DNA of 60,619 nt from a virus. Taxonomy: Duplodnaviria > Caudoviricetes. Position numbers and translations under genes: made by a program. Each line of letters opens with the position of its first letter. Position 1 is the first letter of the stretch. Shown here piece by piece: positions 26,923 through 36,356 of the stretch. The DNA lies in the IMG/VR virus record IMGVR_UViG_3300045119_000430, positions 1 through 60,619 of that record; one strand, written 5' to 3'. The notes under the pieces were generated by a model. That model made no database searches. It worked only from the letters and a program-made list of their open reading frames with translations, and was not told the origin of the DNA.

Positions 26923-28626
26923 ATGGCCCTTCCTGACGCGACTCTGACAATTCTCGACGGCGCCTTGGGGCAGCTGCCGGGGTCGAACGCCAACGTTTTC
27001 GTCAAGCTGGGGATCTGCTCTGCCGGCCTGCCGAACACGCTCTACTCGTTCACCGACACCACCTTGGCGCAACAGTCGCTCGGCCAGGGGCCGCTTGTTG
27101 AGGCGATGGCCGATACGCTCTCGGTGGCCGGCGGACCGGTTCTGGCGATGCCGCTCAACCCGACCACGGCGGGCACCGTTGGCGTGGTTGCGCACACCGG
27201 ACCTGGAAGCGGCACGGTCACGCCGAGCCGCGCGCCGGCGGTGAGCATCGCGATCAAGGTGACCACCGGCGGTGCTCTCGGTACGGCGGCAATCGCGATC
27301 AGCCTCAACGGCGGGTCCTACGCGGCCCCGGTGGTCTCCGTGGCTGGTTCCACGTGGGCATATTTGGTACCGGGGACCAACACCACGATCACGCTCGTCA
27401 CCGCGACCTACGTGCTCAACGACATCTACACCGTGGCCACCACGGGCGTGATCACGGTGGTCGGCACGGGTCCGTCCGGCAACATCACGCAGGTCTCTAG
27501 CCCGCTCGACGTCTACGACGTCCAGGTCGTCATCGCGGGTGCTGGCGGCCTCGGCGCTGGGATCTTCACCTATTCCCTCGACGGCGGGACGAACGTCAGT
27601 GCTCAGATCCTGATCCCTTCGGGCGCGGGCGTCTACGTCATTCCCGGGACTGGCGTGGTGCTCACCTTCGCTGGTTCGTTCACGCTCGCTGACCTCTATG
27701 AGTTTTTCACCACGACTGCCACGTTCGGCAACTCGGACGTCACCGCGGCCTTCACCGTGCTCCTGGCGTCTGCCCAGGAATGGGCGGGGGCTCACATCGT
27801 TGGCCCATCCGCGAACTCGGCCGGTTCGGCCTCTCTGGCGGCCACCGTCGATGCTCAGATGTCACTCGCCGAGACTGGCTTTCGCTACGTGTTCAGCGTG
27901 GTGGAATGCCCGACGTCGGAGAGCGATTCCACGATCTCCACCGCCTTCTCAACCTTCGTGTCCAAGCGCGTGGGCGTGGGCGTGGGAGACGCGTTCATGG
28001 TCAGCGCGATCTCAGGGCGCAGCCTTCGCCGGAACATCGCCATGGCCTACATGACCCGCCTGGCGGCGATTCGCCCCGCGGAACATCCCGGGTGGGTCGG
28101 CTCTCCGCAGGGGGCTCTCCGCAACATTGGCAGCGGCGTGATCAACGGCCAACGGGTGAGCCTGATCCGCGACGAAGGCAAGACGCCGTTCCTCGATGCG
28201 CAGCGCTTTGTCACCGCCCGCACTCACATCGGGGTGAGCGGCTTCTACATCACGCGCGGCAACATGATGGCGGCCGGCGGGTCCGACTTCTCGAGCGTCA
28301 TGAACCGCCGGGTCATGGACATGTCGTGCCGGATCGTTCGGTCGGCGGCGATCACGTTCTTGAACAAGGACTTGCTCATCGACAGCAAGGGTCACATCGC
28401 CACCGTCGAGGCCGAGCGAATCGATAGCTTCCTGACCCAGGAGCTCGTCGCCGGCGTGGTCAACACGAACAACGCCTCCTCGGCCACGGTCGACGTCAGC
28501 CGCACGGACAACATCCTGTCGACCAAGACCCTGAACATCAGCGTTCGCGTTACCCCGAAGGGCTACGCCGAGCAGCTCGTCATCACCATCGGATTCCTCA
28601 ACCCGGCGCTGGCGCTGGCTGCGTAA
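26923..28626 (+). CDS. contractile tail sheath (DUF2586-like)
   Basis: LGQGPLVE, TYSLDGG, GSDFSSVMNRRVMD, VTPKGYAEQL. Confidence 0.88.
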   Translation: MALPDATLTILDGALGQLPGSNANVFVKLGICSAGLPNTLYSFTDTTLAQQSLGQGPLVEAMADTLSVAGGPVLAMPLNPTTAGTVGVVAHTGPGSGTVTPSRAPAVSIAIKVTTGGALGTAAIAISLNGGSYAAPVVSVAGSTWAYLVPGTNTTITLVTATYVLNDIYTVATTGVITVVGTGPSGNITQVSSPLDVYDVQVVIAGAGGLGAGIFTYSLDGGTNVSAQILIPSGAGVYVIPGTGVVLTFAGSFTLADLYEFFTTTATFGNSDVTAAFTVLLASAQEWAGAHIVGPSANSAGSASLAATVDAQMSLAETGFRYVFSVVECPTSESDSTISTAFSTFVSKRVGVGVGDAFMVSAISGRSLRRNIAMAYMTRLAAIRPAEHPGWVGSPQGALRNIGSGVINGQRVSLIRDEGKTPFLDAQRFVTARTHIGVSGFYITRGNMMAAGGSDFSSVMNRRVMDMSCRIVRSAAITFLNKDLLIDSKGHIATVEAERIDSFLTQELVAGVVNTNNASSATVDVSRTDNILSTKTLNISVRVTPKGYAEQLVITIGFLNPALALAA

Positions 28627-28638
28627 GGAGATCGGTCC

Positions 28639-29118
28639 ATGCTCAATCCAGCACCGTTCGTTGACGTCAACGGGATCTTCGTCTCGCGCACCAGCTGCAC
28701 GATGAGCGTCGACAGCCTTCCCATCCGCCTCTTCAAGGGCGTCCACTGGAACAAGAAGCTCACGCGCGGCAAGACCTGGGGCAACCGGGTCACGCCTCGG
28801 GGGCGCGGGAGAGGGAAGTTCGAGCCGTCTGGCGACCTCGAGGTCTACATCGAGGACTGGACCATCATCCGGAACTTCCTCGCCGCCAAGAACCCGGCGC
28901 GCGGGTGGATGCTGAACAGCTTCACGCTGACGGTCACCGCGTTCGAGGAGGCGATCGGCGGTGCCTTCACCGTTCAGCTGGTGGGCTGCACAGTCTCCGA
29001 GGACGACAACTCCGTGAGCGACGGCGACGATCAGATCAGCCGCAAGCTCACGCTCGACGTCATGAACATCATAGAGGACGGCATCCCGGCGGTGCTGGAG
29101 AACACGGGTATCTTCTGA
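28639..29118 (+). CDS. tail tube protein
   Basis: Follows sheath; PRGRGRGKFEPSG. Confidence 0.78.
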   Translation: MLNPAPFVDVNGIFVSRTSCTMSVDSLPIRLFKGVHWNKKLTRGKTWGNRVTPRGRGRGKFEPSGDLEVYIEDWTIIRNFLAAKNPARGWMLNSFTLTVTAFEEAIGGAFTVQLVGCTVSEDDNSVSDGDDQISRKLTLDVMNIIEDGIPAVLENTGIF

Positions 29119-29129
29119 TCGGCGAGAAC

Positions 29130-29158
29130 TTGAGGCGGGATATCCCGGAGCCTAACGT
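29130..29158 (+). promoter_or_regulatory. late promoter TTGAGG-N17-TAACGT with GGGATATCCC in the spacer (tail chaperone)
   Basis: 6 nt before ATG 29165. Confidence 0.7.
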
Positions 29159-29164
29159 CGGTGC

Positions 29165-29676
29165 ATGCCAATCACCGCACCGATCATCCCGGAGTTGACC
29201 GACGAGACCAGGGCCGAACTGGCCAGCAAGTTGCCTGGTGTCGATCTTCAGATCGTCCGCGCCCAGAAGACGTCCTTCGTCGGCGTCATTCGTCCGGCCA
29301 CGGACGGCGAATGGAGCATCTTCCGTCGCACGCAGGTCGAGGACAAGGTGAAGGCGAACTTCATGCTGAGCGAGAGCTGCGTAGTCTGGCCGTACAAGGC
29401 CGACCGCGATGCGATCTTCGCTCGCTATCCCGCCCTGCGCGAGGTCTGCGTCGGCGAGATCTGCGAGATGGCCGGCGTGGAGGCGACGGCCACTCGGGAA
29501 AAACTGTAAAGGGATTCCGCGCGGCCAAGCGGGATCTCTTGAAATCGGCAGTGGCCTTGCGCGCTTTCATGCGCGACGAAAAGAGCGTCGAGGCCGACGT
29601 CGGTGCTCTGCTGGTTGCAGATGGTCTCCATTGTCTGCGAGTCGTTCGTCAGTTCCTGATCGGATCGAAGGAGTGA
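29165..29676 (+). CDS. tail assembly chaperone (29165-29509) with probable -1 frameshift extension to 29676
   Basis: GGGAAAAAC just before the stop; -1 frame open until 2 nt before the tape measure start. Confidence 0.7.
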
Positions 29677-29677
29677 C

Positions 29678-31450
29678 ATGTCCGAGGGGCTGAAATGGCT
29701 GCTCGAGCTCGACGGGAAGACGGAAGGCATCGACAAGATGCTGTCGACCATCGAGGATACGATCGCATCTTTGCCGAAGGCGACGGCGGCGACCAAAGAT
29801 CTGAACGCGTCGATCGAGAAGTCATCCAGCGCCGGCGAGAAGGCCGCGGCCGGTCACAAGAAACACAAGGCCGGGATCGAGGAGACCGAAGGCGCGCTCA
29901 AGCGCTTGGTCAACGCCGGGATTGGTCCCTTCATCGAGAAGGCGAAGCAGATCGCCGAGTTCGAGTTCATCCGCCGCGGCGTCGACAAGATCATCGAGGC
30001 GCCCGGTGAATTGATAGACAAGGTCAAGGAGCTTGGCGAAGAGGCTATCAAGGCAGCGGCCGGCGCCGAGCGCATGGACCTCTCATTCAAGCTGACGATC
30101 GGCCAGGAGGGAGCCGAGAAGGTACTCGGCTGGATTGACCGCATCGCCTCCAAGACCGAGTTCACCGATGATCAACTCAAGGGCTGGGCGAATGAGCTGC
30201 TCGTCGCGGGCGTGAAGGCTGGCGAGGTCGACAAGTTCCTCGCAGCTGGACTCGACGTGGCCGCCAAGAGTCCCGACAAGCTCGCCGGCATGGGCAACGC
30301 GATCGCTGCGCTGACACGTGCCCAGCTCACCGGCCGCGTCGAGGGACGAGCACTCCGAGGTCTGCGCATCGGCGTTGACGAGTTGCGGACACTGCCAGAA
30401 TTCAAGGGCCTCTCGGCCAAGGCACTCCACGAAAAGATGGAGCAGGGTTCGATCTCTAAGAACGATCTGCTCAGGCTCATCGCCGGGCCCGACAAGCAAC
30501 TCGGCGATCTAGGCCTTAAGGCCGGTGACACGCTCCAAGCGAAGCTGAAGAACCTGGAGACGCTCCCCGAGCAGTATTTTCAGCGCCTGGCAGAATCTCC
30601 GGCCTTCGAAAATCTGAAAGCCAAGCTCGGCGACGTCTTCGACGCACTCGATCCGGCGAGCCCGCGTGGGCAGAAGATTTTCGGATCCTTGGAGCGGATG
30701 TTCACGACGGTCGTTGACGAGGTGGCGAAGATCGACTTCGTCTCCGTTGCCGACACCTTGGAGCATCGGGTCTTGCCGGCGATCGAGAAGCTGTTCGGAT
30801 TCGCCGCCAAGACCGCCGACGTGCTCGGGACTATCGTCACCGGGGCCGGGTCTGCCCTGGGCTCTGCTCACGCCGTTACGTCGATGGCGGGCGTGACGAC
30901 CAAGACCGCCGAAGACACGAGCTTCATGAAGCGCGTGCTATCGCATCTACCCGGCGTCGGTTCGCTCGGCAAGTCGATCGGGTACCTCGACAAGGACACG
31001 CAGAAAGCTGGCGCTGCGATAGCTGAAGGGACTGCCGACGGAATGGCGGGCGGGATGTCCATGGTCTCGGATGCAGCATCGTCGATGGGTGACGCAGCGG
31101 TGGATGCGTTGCAGAGCAAGCTCGAGATCCATTCGCCGTCTAAGGTCTTCTTCGGGCTTGGCGAGGAGACTGGCGCCGGCTTCGCGGGCGGTGTTCGAAA
31201 GAGCGGGAGCGACGTGGACGATGCGATGGAAGCTGCCTTCCCGGTGCCGGGATTGCGGCCGGGGGCTTCGATCGGTGGCGGCGGAGGCTCATCGATCAGC
31301 GTCAGCCTGCCTTCCATTCAGGTCAACATGCATGGAGGCAGCGGCGACGCGCGCGAGGACGGAGAAGCAGCAGGGGAAGGCCTGGGCGGGGTTTTCCGTC
31401 GCGAGTTGCTGCGGGTGATGGAGCAGCTGCAGATCGAAGGGGGCGCCTGA
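29678..31450 (+). CDS. tail tape measure protein
   Basis: 590 aa helical Ala/Gly-rich; LEIHSPSKVF motif; position. Confidence 0.88.
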   Translation: MSEGLKWLLELDGKTEGIDKMLSTIEDTIASLPKATAATKDLNASIEKSSSAGEKAAAGHKKHKAGIEETEGALKRLVNAGIGPFIEKAKQIAEFEFIRRGVDKIIEAPGELIDKVKELGEEAIKAAAGAERMDLSFKLTIGQEGAEKVLGWIDRIASKTEFTDDQLKGWANELLVAGVKAGEVDKFLAAGLDVAAKSPDKLAGMGNAIAALTRAQLTGRVEGRALRGLRIGVDELRTLPEFKGLSAKALHEKMEQGSISKNDLLRLIAGPDKQLGDLGLKAGDTLQAKLKNLETLPEQYFQRLAESPAFENLKAKLGDVFDALDPASPRGQKIFGSLERMFTTVVDEVAKIDFVSVADTLEHRVLPAIEKLFGFAAKTADVLGTIVTGAGSALGSAHAVTSMAGVTTKTAEDTSFMKRVLSHLPGVGSLGKSIGYLDKDTQKAGAAIAEGTADGMAGGMSMVSDAASSMGDAAVDALQSKLEIHSPSKVFFGLGEETGAGFAGGVRKSGSDVDDAMEAAFPVPGLRPGASIGGGGGSSISVSLPSIQVNMHGGSGDAREDGEAAGEGLGGVFRRELLRVMEQLQIEGGA

Positions 31451-32091
31451 TGTCCGCCGCTGGACTCGCCGCACTCACGCCGATCGCCGCCCTCGGCGGA
31501 TCCATCGAGTTCTGGGGCAACGGCTCAGAGGAAGACCTCGACGGCGTGATCGCGAAACACCCGTGGGACGTGGCCTACCTAGCCAACATGGCTCTGCCCG
31601 GGATCTGCGAGGTCAAGATGGTCAGCGTCGCGCGCGTCGAGATCGACAAGAAAAAGCCGAAGGGCGTGAACTACGCGAGGGTCACGATCCTGGGCTACGA
31701 TCCCGGCACGTTCGACGTCTCGTGCAAGATATGGACTCGCGATCACTGGACCAAGCTTCAGCAGATCGTCCGCACGATCTGGAAGGGACCAACCGCCGAG
31801 CGCGGGGACCAGGCCTCGATCGCGGTACGCCATCCCATACTTCGGCTGGCGAAGGTGTATTCCGCGATCGTGGTCGGCTTCACGCCCGGGGTCCCGGGGC
31901 CAGAGGCGGGAACGATGGTCTTCACGTTCCACCTCCACGAGAACCCGCGGGCGCAGAACAAGAACGTGACGGCGTCTCCTGCCGGCTCGACAACCGTAGT
32001 CGATCCGCTCAGCCTCAGCGGCGGGTCGAGCAACGGACCGGCGCCGATGCCGAGCGCGGACAAGAACTTCATGTCTCCCGTCCCGAAGTGA
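31450..32091 (+). CDS. putative tail tube initiator/baseplate protein
   Basis: Synteny after tape measure. Confidence 0.55.
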   Translation: MSAAGLAALTPIAALGGSIEFWGNGSEEDLDGVIAKHPWDVAYLANMALPGICEVKMVSVARVEIDKKKPKGVNYARVTILGYDPGTFDVSCKIWTRDHWTKLQQIVRTIWKGPTAERGDQASIAVRHPILRLAKVYSAIVVGFTPGVPGPEAGTMVFTFHLHENPRAQNKNVTASPAGSTTVVDPLSLSGGSSNGPAPMPSADKNFMSPVPK

Positions 32092-32095
32092 CGCA

Positions 32096-32764
32096 GTGGC
32101 ACTCATCAACCTCAATGGCGCCGCGGTCCTGGACGGCAGCTCGCTCTACTTTTCCCGCACCGGCGCCTGGCATGCCGAGCTTCGCGTCGACACGCAAAGC
32201 GCGATCGGCGACGGCTGTGAGATCAACATCGCCGACGGGGCGCTCGTGCTTGAGGGTACGGCCGACCGGTCGGGTCTGTTCGCCGACACCGGCTTCGTGC
32301 GTGTCGTTGCTGGCGCGAATGGGCTCGGCACGACGGCCAAGCCCAAGCACTACGACGACCCGACGATTCGGGTCGTGCTTGCCGACCTCCTGGCGAACGC
32401 GGGCGAGGTCATCTCGTCGACCGCCGACGCCAGCATCCTGGGTCGTCACCTGACCGCGTGGACGACGACGGCGCGCCCGACGGGCCCCGTGGTCTCCCTG
32501 CTTGTGCAGCAGGCCCCAAACACGAGCTGGCGCATGCTCCCCGACGGAACGCTGTGGGTGGGGACAGAGTCCTGGCCAGACTCGGGTCTCGACCCAACGA
32601 CGTACCAGATTCTAGACGAGTTGCCGTCGGACGGGTCTGCCGACCTCGGGATGGACGCCCCCCTCCTGATCGCGGGGGTGTCGCTCGCCGGGCGGCATGT
32701 GTCGGCGGTGGAGCATCGGATCGACGGGCGGGGCGTGCGGGCGCGGGTGTGGTTCGAGCCCTGA
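32096..32764 (+). CDS. putative baseplate hub protein
   Basis: Synteny; GAWHAEL, WRMLPDGTLWVG. Confidence 0.6.
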   Translation: MALINLNGAAVLDGSSLYFSRTGAWHAELRVDTQSAIGDGCEINIADGALVLEGTADRSGLFADTGFVRVVAGANGLGTTAKPKHYDDPTIRVVLADLLANAGEVISSTADASILGRHLTAWTTTARPTGPVVSLLVQQAPNTSWRMLPDGTLWVGTESWPDSGLDPTTYQILDELPSDGSADLGMDAPLLIAGVSLAGRHVSAVEHRIDGRGVRARVWFEP

Positions 32765-32813
32765 ACGCGCGGCCAGCTTGCGGGCGGCCGGCGCCGGCGG
32801 GACGATGCGCCGC

Positions 32814-33176
32814 ATGCCGGACATCTGGGTCTGCAAGAACTGCCACCACGTCGGGCCCGGCGGGAGGCGAGGCGGGTCATCGCTGCCTGCCTGCCGGTCG
32901 TGTGGGCACAGCACGATCTTGCCGGTCGCGTCGCCCGTGGGGCTCGAGTTGGCGACGAGGCTGGGCGTCACGGAGCAACACCTGATGCGCGCGCAGTGGC
33001 TGGCCTACCCGACGAGCAACCGCATCGGGTGGACCATCTTCGGCGCGATAGGGTGCGCGGGCTCGGCGGCGGTCGGGTTCCCGACGTGGGCGGTCATCTG
33101 GGGTGCGATCGCGCTGGGGTTCGGCCTCTCCCTGATCGTCCACTTCACCCAGGAGCCGAAGCCGCCAGGCACCTGA
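32814..33176 (+). CDS. moron: Zn-ribbon plus two-TM membrane protein
   Basis: Own promoter TTGCGG-N17-GACGAT (32778-32806) 7 nt before ATG; CKNC..CRSC; two hydrophobic helices. Confidence 0.6.
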   Translation: MPDIWVCKNCHHVGPGGRRGGSSLPACRSCGHSTILPVASPVGLELATRLGVTEQHLMRAQWLAYPTSNRIGWTIFGAIGCAGSAAVGFPTWAVIWGAIALGFGLSLIVHFTQEPKPPGT

Positions 33177-33226
33177 ACTAACGCGCAGCATTGCAGGGCG
33201 TCACGAGTGCAGCCATCATGCGTGAC

Positions 33227-33940
33227 ATGGCCAAGGGACGCAGGACGGTGGAATTCGCGGGGCGGGCTCCCGGCAAGTCGTCAGGGCGCGGCCCGCGGCT
33301 CTGGGCCTATTCGTATTCTGACCTCGCCCATCTGCTCTCGACGACGGAGGACGCGCTGAGGGCTCGCGTGTCGCGCGGCTCCTTCTCTCCCGGCAATCTC
33401 GAGGAGGTGTGTCGGGCGTGGGCGTCGGCGCGCGGCCTGCTCGCGTGCGTAGCCCTAATACTCGTCGTCTCCGCGGGCTGCATGGATCTGGAGTCCAACC
33501 CCGATCAGGAGCTTCGGGGCGAGACTGGGGCTGGTGGCGCTGCGGAAGCCGATGCGGGGACATTGGGCGCTGGAGGTGCAGCGGGGGCGATGGCGGCTGG
33601 ATCCGGGGGCCGCAGCGCGGCCGGCGGGTCGGGATCGGGTGGCGCGGTCGCTCCCAGCGGCGGCGCGCCCGGCGATGGCGGTGCTGCATCCATGGGCGGC
33701 GAGACGGGGAGTGGCGGCGCCACGCAGGCCGGGGGTGCGGGCGGGACGAGCACGCTGGGCGAGCAGTGCAGCGACGCGAGCGTAGTCCTGGGATGCTTCA
33801 CGTCAGCCGGGTCGGCCGCCCTGCACAAAGACGGCAGGGCGTGCGCGCAATGCTACAACTCCGTCGGCTTCCTCCTCCCGGGATGCTACGCGGGAACGCC
33901 GCAGATGCTGTGCGTCTCGTCCTGCTCCGAGTGCTCGTAG
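33227..33940 (+). CDS. moron: HTH-like N-terminus, lipoprotein-type signal, Gly-rich linker, Cys-rich domain
   Basis: Own promoter TTGCAG-N17-CATCAT (33191-33219) 7 nt before ATG; YSYSDLAHLL..DALRARVSRG; LILVVSAGC. Confidence 0.6.
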   Translation: MAKGRRTVEFAGRAPGKSSGRGPRLWAYSYSDLAHLLSTTEDALRARVSRGSFSPGNLEEVCRAWASARGLLACVALILVVSAGCMDLESNPDQELRGETGAGGAAEADAGTLGAGGAAGAMAAGSGGRSAAGGSGSGGAVAPSGGAPGDGGAASMGGETGSGGATQAGGAGGTSTLGEQCSDASVVLGCFTSAGSAALHKDGRACAQCYNSVGFLLPGCYAGTPQMLCVSSCSECS

Positions 33941-33951
33941 TCCGCCGAAAC

Positions 33952-33979
33952 TTGGGATAGCCGACCGCCCACGTAACGT
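33952..33979 (+). promoter_or_regulatory. late promoter variant TTGGGA-N16-TAACGT (spike)
   Basis: 6 nt before GTG 33986. Confidence 0.6.
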
Positions 33980-33985
33980 GGGCTG

Positions 33986-34516
33986 GTGCTGGCCGATAGG
34001 CTGAAACGCGCGTTCGCCGCCGTCGCGCGCGCAGCTACGCCCGAAATCGACTACCTGACGACGTACCGCGCCCGCGTGGTCTCGCAGGACGCGAGCACGG
34101 GCAAGGTCGACGTGGTGCCCGACGATCCGCGGCTGCCGCAGACGGGCATGTCGAACCTGCGGCTCAAGCACGGGCTGCCGAACGTGATTGTCCGGATAGC
34201 CCCCGGGGCCTTCGTGCAGGTCGGGTGGGACAGCGGCAACCCGACGAAGCCGTATGCGGCGCTCTACGAAGACGGCGCCACGGTCATCAAGCTCGTCGTC
34301 GACGGGACGCAGATCTTCATCGGCGGTGAGACTGGGGCAGAGCCTGCGGCCAAGGCGGTCACATTGACCGCCTATCTCACGCAGTTGACTGGACTGCTGA
34401 TCTCGCACGTCCACTCTGGCGTCACCTCAGGCGGTGCGGTGAGCGGGCCGGCGCCGTCGCTGACTGCGATCGTACCGATCCCGAACTTCGCCGCAACCAA
34501 GGCCCAGGTCGCCTGA
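33986..34516 (+). CDS. baseplate spike (gpV-like)
   Basis: OB-fold-like N-terminus; C-terminal HVHSGVTSG. Confidence 0.8.
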   Translation: MLADRLKRAFAAVARAATPEIDYLTTYRARVVSQDASTGKVDVVPDDPRLPQTGMSNLRLKHGLPNVIVRIAPGAFVQVGWDSGNPTKPYAALYEDGATVIKLVVDGTQIFIGGETGAEPAAKAVTLTAYLTQLTGLLISHVHSGVTSGGAVSGPAPSLTAIVPIPNFAATKAQVA

Positions 34517-34917
34517 TGTCGACCCCTGATTTCGGCACCGACGTAGATGGGATCTACGACTGCTCGTCTGACTTCCATCTGGCGAGTGGTCCGCGCAATC
34601 TCGGCAACGCGCTCGGGCGAAGGCTCATCACGGAGCGCGGCGCACTCGGAGATGACGACCCCGAGTACGGTACGAACGTTCGCCGCTACCTCAACGCCGA
34701 GATGGACGCCACGACGACGGCGGCGCTTCACAGCGACGTGATCGCGGAGTGCGAAAAGGACGAGCGGGTGAAGTCGGCCAGCTGCGACAGTAGCTTCGTC
34801 TTCGAGACGCGAACACTGACGCTGTCCATCCTGGCGCAGACGGCCACTGGAGTTTTTCGGTTCGTGATTGCGTTGTCCGATCTGACCGTTTCGTTGCTCT
34901 CGGCGGGGGTCGCATGA
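34516..34917 (+). CDS. baseplate wedge/sheath initiator (gp46/W-like)
   Basis: RRLITERG..PEYG..DERV. Confidence 0.75.
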   Translation: MSTPDFGTDVDGIYDCSSDFHLASGPRNLGNALGRRLITERGALGDDDPEYGTNVRRYLNAEMDATTTAALHSDVIAECEKDERVKSASCDSSFVFETRTLTLSILAQTATGVFRFVIALSDLTVSLLSAGVA

Positions 34918-36356
34918 GCACGCCGAACCTTTCGGATCTGATCGCGGAGGTAAGCGTCGACCAGATCAAGCAGCGGCTCATTACGATCCTCCAGGGGCTC
35001 GGGCTTCCGGTGAACGACTGGTCGAGCGGAAGCTTTCCTCGGCAAGTCGTCCAGATGCAGTCACAGGCGCTGTCAGACCTCGTTGCCTCGGCACAACCGG
35101 AGATCATCAAGGGCGGCTTCCTCGACCTCGCCAATGATCAGTGGTTGCCGCTGAAGGCGTCTCAGGACTTCGATACCGAACAACTTAAGGCAACGTTCAC
35201 CGTCCAGCTGGTCACGCTGACGTGCGCGGGCGGCGCCGGGCCGTATACGATCGCGGCTGGCGATCTCGTCGCCGTCGCGCCGACGAACAACCGCTACCGC
35301 AACATCACCAGCGGGACGCTGACTTCGTCGGTGCCTCTGGTGCTGCAATTCCAGGCGGAATCACCCGGTGCCGCTTACAGCGATCCGTCGGGGTCGATCA
35401 ACAAACTCGTGACGACGCTGGCCGGCGTGACGATCTCGAATTCGGCGCCCGACTTCACCAACGTCGTGCAGGGACCGAGTGGCACGGGGACGATCGCTCC
35501 ATCGCGCACTGTGGGCGGAACCCCACCAACCCTAGCGGCCTTCCTGATTCGGATCGACGCGAGCGGCGTGATCGGTACGGGCGGATGGAGCTATTCCACA
35601 ACCGGCGGCCAGTCGTTCACAAGCGTCGGAGCGATCTCGTCGACCTTCGCTCTTCCCGGCGGCACGACGATCACGTTCACCAATGGCGCTGGAACGCCGA
35701 GCTTCATTGCCGGTGATTTCTTCAGCTTCGAGACGCCTGGGTCAGCGATCATCACACAGGGCCGTGACCTGGAGACGTCAGCTGCTCTGGTGGCCCGCTG
35801 CAAGGCACGGTGGACGTCGCTGTCCGACGTCCCGACCAACGACAAGATCACGCTCTGGGCTCTCGCCTCGAGCGATTCGATCAACCGCGTCCGCATTCGC
35901 GCCAGTTCGATCACGGCCGGACAGATCGACGTGTTCCTTGCCGGCCCCGGCGGAGGCGTGAGCGGGACGACCGTGAAGGCGGCCCAAGACTACATCCTCG
36001 CGCGACTTGGGATCTCCGAGAAGGTCAGTGTGCAATCGAGCACGGGCCTGGCGATACCGGTCAGCGGGACGGTGTTCGTGTCAGCGTCTCTCCTGGCGTC
36101 GTCGCAATCGAAGGCGCAACTCGCCTGGCAGCAGTATCTGTCCGGAAGCTCCATCGCGGACACGATCCGGCTCTCTCGCCTCGAGCAGATCCTGATGGAC
36201 GCGATGGCCGGCGATCACAACGCCGATCTCGGATCGGGCGGTTCGGCCATCGCGCTCACCGGCGGGACGCCGAACATCGTTCTCGCCGCCAATCAGGTGG
36301 CCGTACCGGACTCGGTATTTCTGTCGGTCGCGCTGACCTGGATCCCGGTGACCTGA
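34914..36356 (+). CDS. baseplate J-like protein
   Basis: FLDLANDQWL, QAESPGAAY, GRDLETSAALVAR, GQIDVFL. Confidence 0.85.
   Translation: MSTPNLSDLIAEVSVDQIKQRLITILQGLGLPVNDWSSGSFPRQVVQMQSQALSDLVASAQPEIIKGGFLDLANDQWLPLKASQDFDTEQLKATFTVQLVTLTCAGGAGPYTIAAGDLVAVAPTNNRYRNITSGTLTSSVPLVLQFQAESPGAAYSDPSGSINKLVTTLAGVTISNSAPDFTNVVQGPSGTGTIAPSRTVGGTPPTLAAFLIRIDASGVIGTGGWSYSTTGGQSFTSVGAISSTFALPGGTTITFTNGAGTPSFIAGDFFSFETPGSAIITQGRDLETSAALVARCKARWTSLSDVPTNDKITLWALASSDSINRVRIRASSITAGQIDVFLAGPGGGVSGTTVKAAQDYILARLGISEKVSVQSSTGLAIPVSGTVFVSASLLASSQSKAQLAWQQYLSGSSIADTIRLSRLEQILMDAMAGDHNADLGSGGSAIALTGGTPNIVLAANQVAVPDSVFLSVALTWIPVT

Noticed and set aside
20546-28746. Long antisense and alternate-frame ORFs (e.g. 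21372-22754, 26776-27795, 20546-21487)
   Set aside because: Shadow ORFs typical of high-GC DNA, overlapping well-supported structural genes
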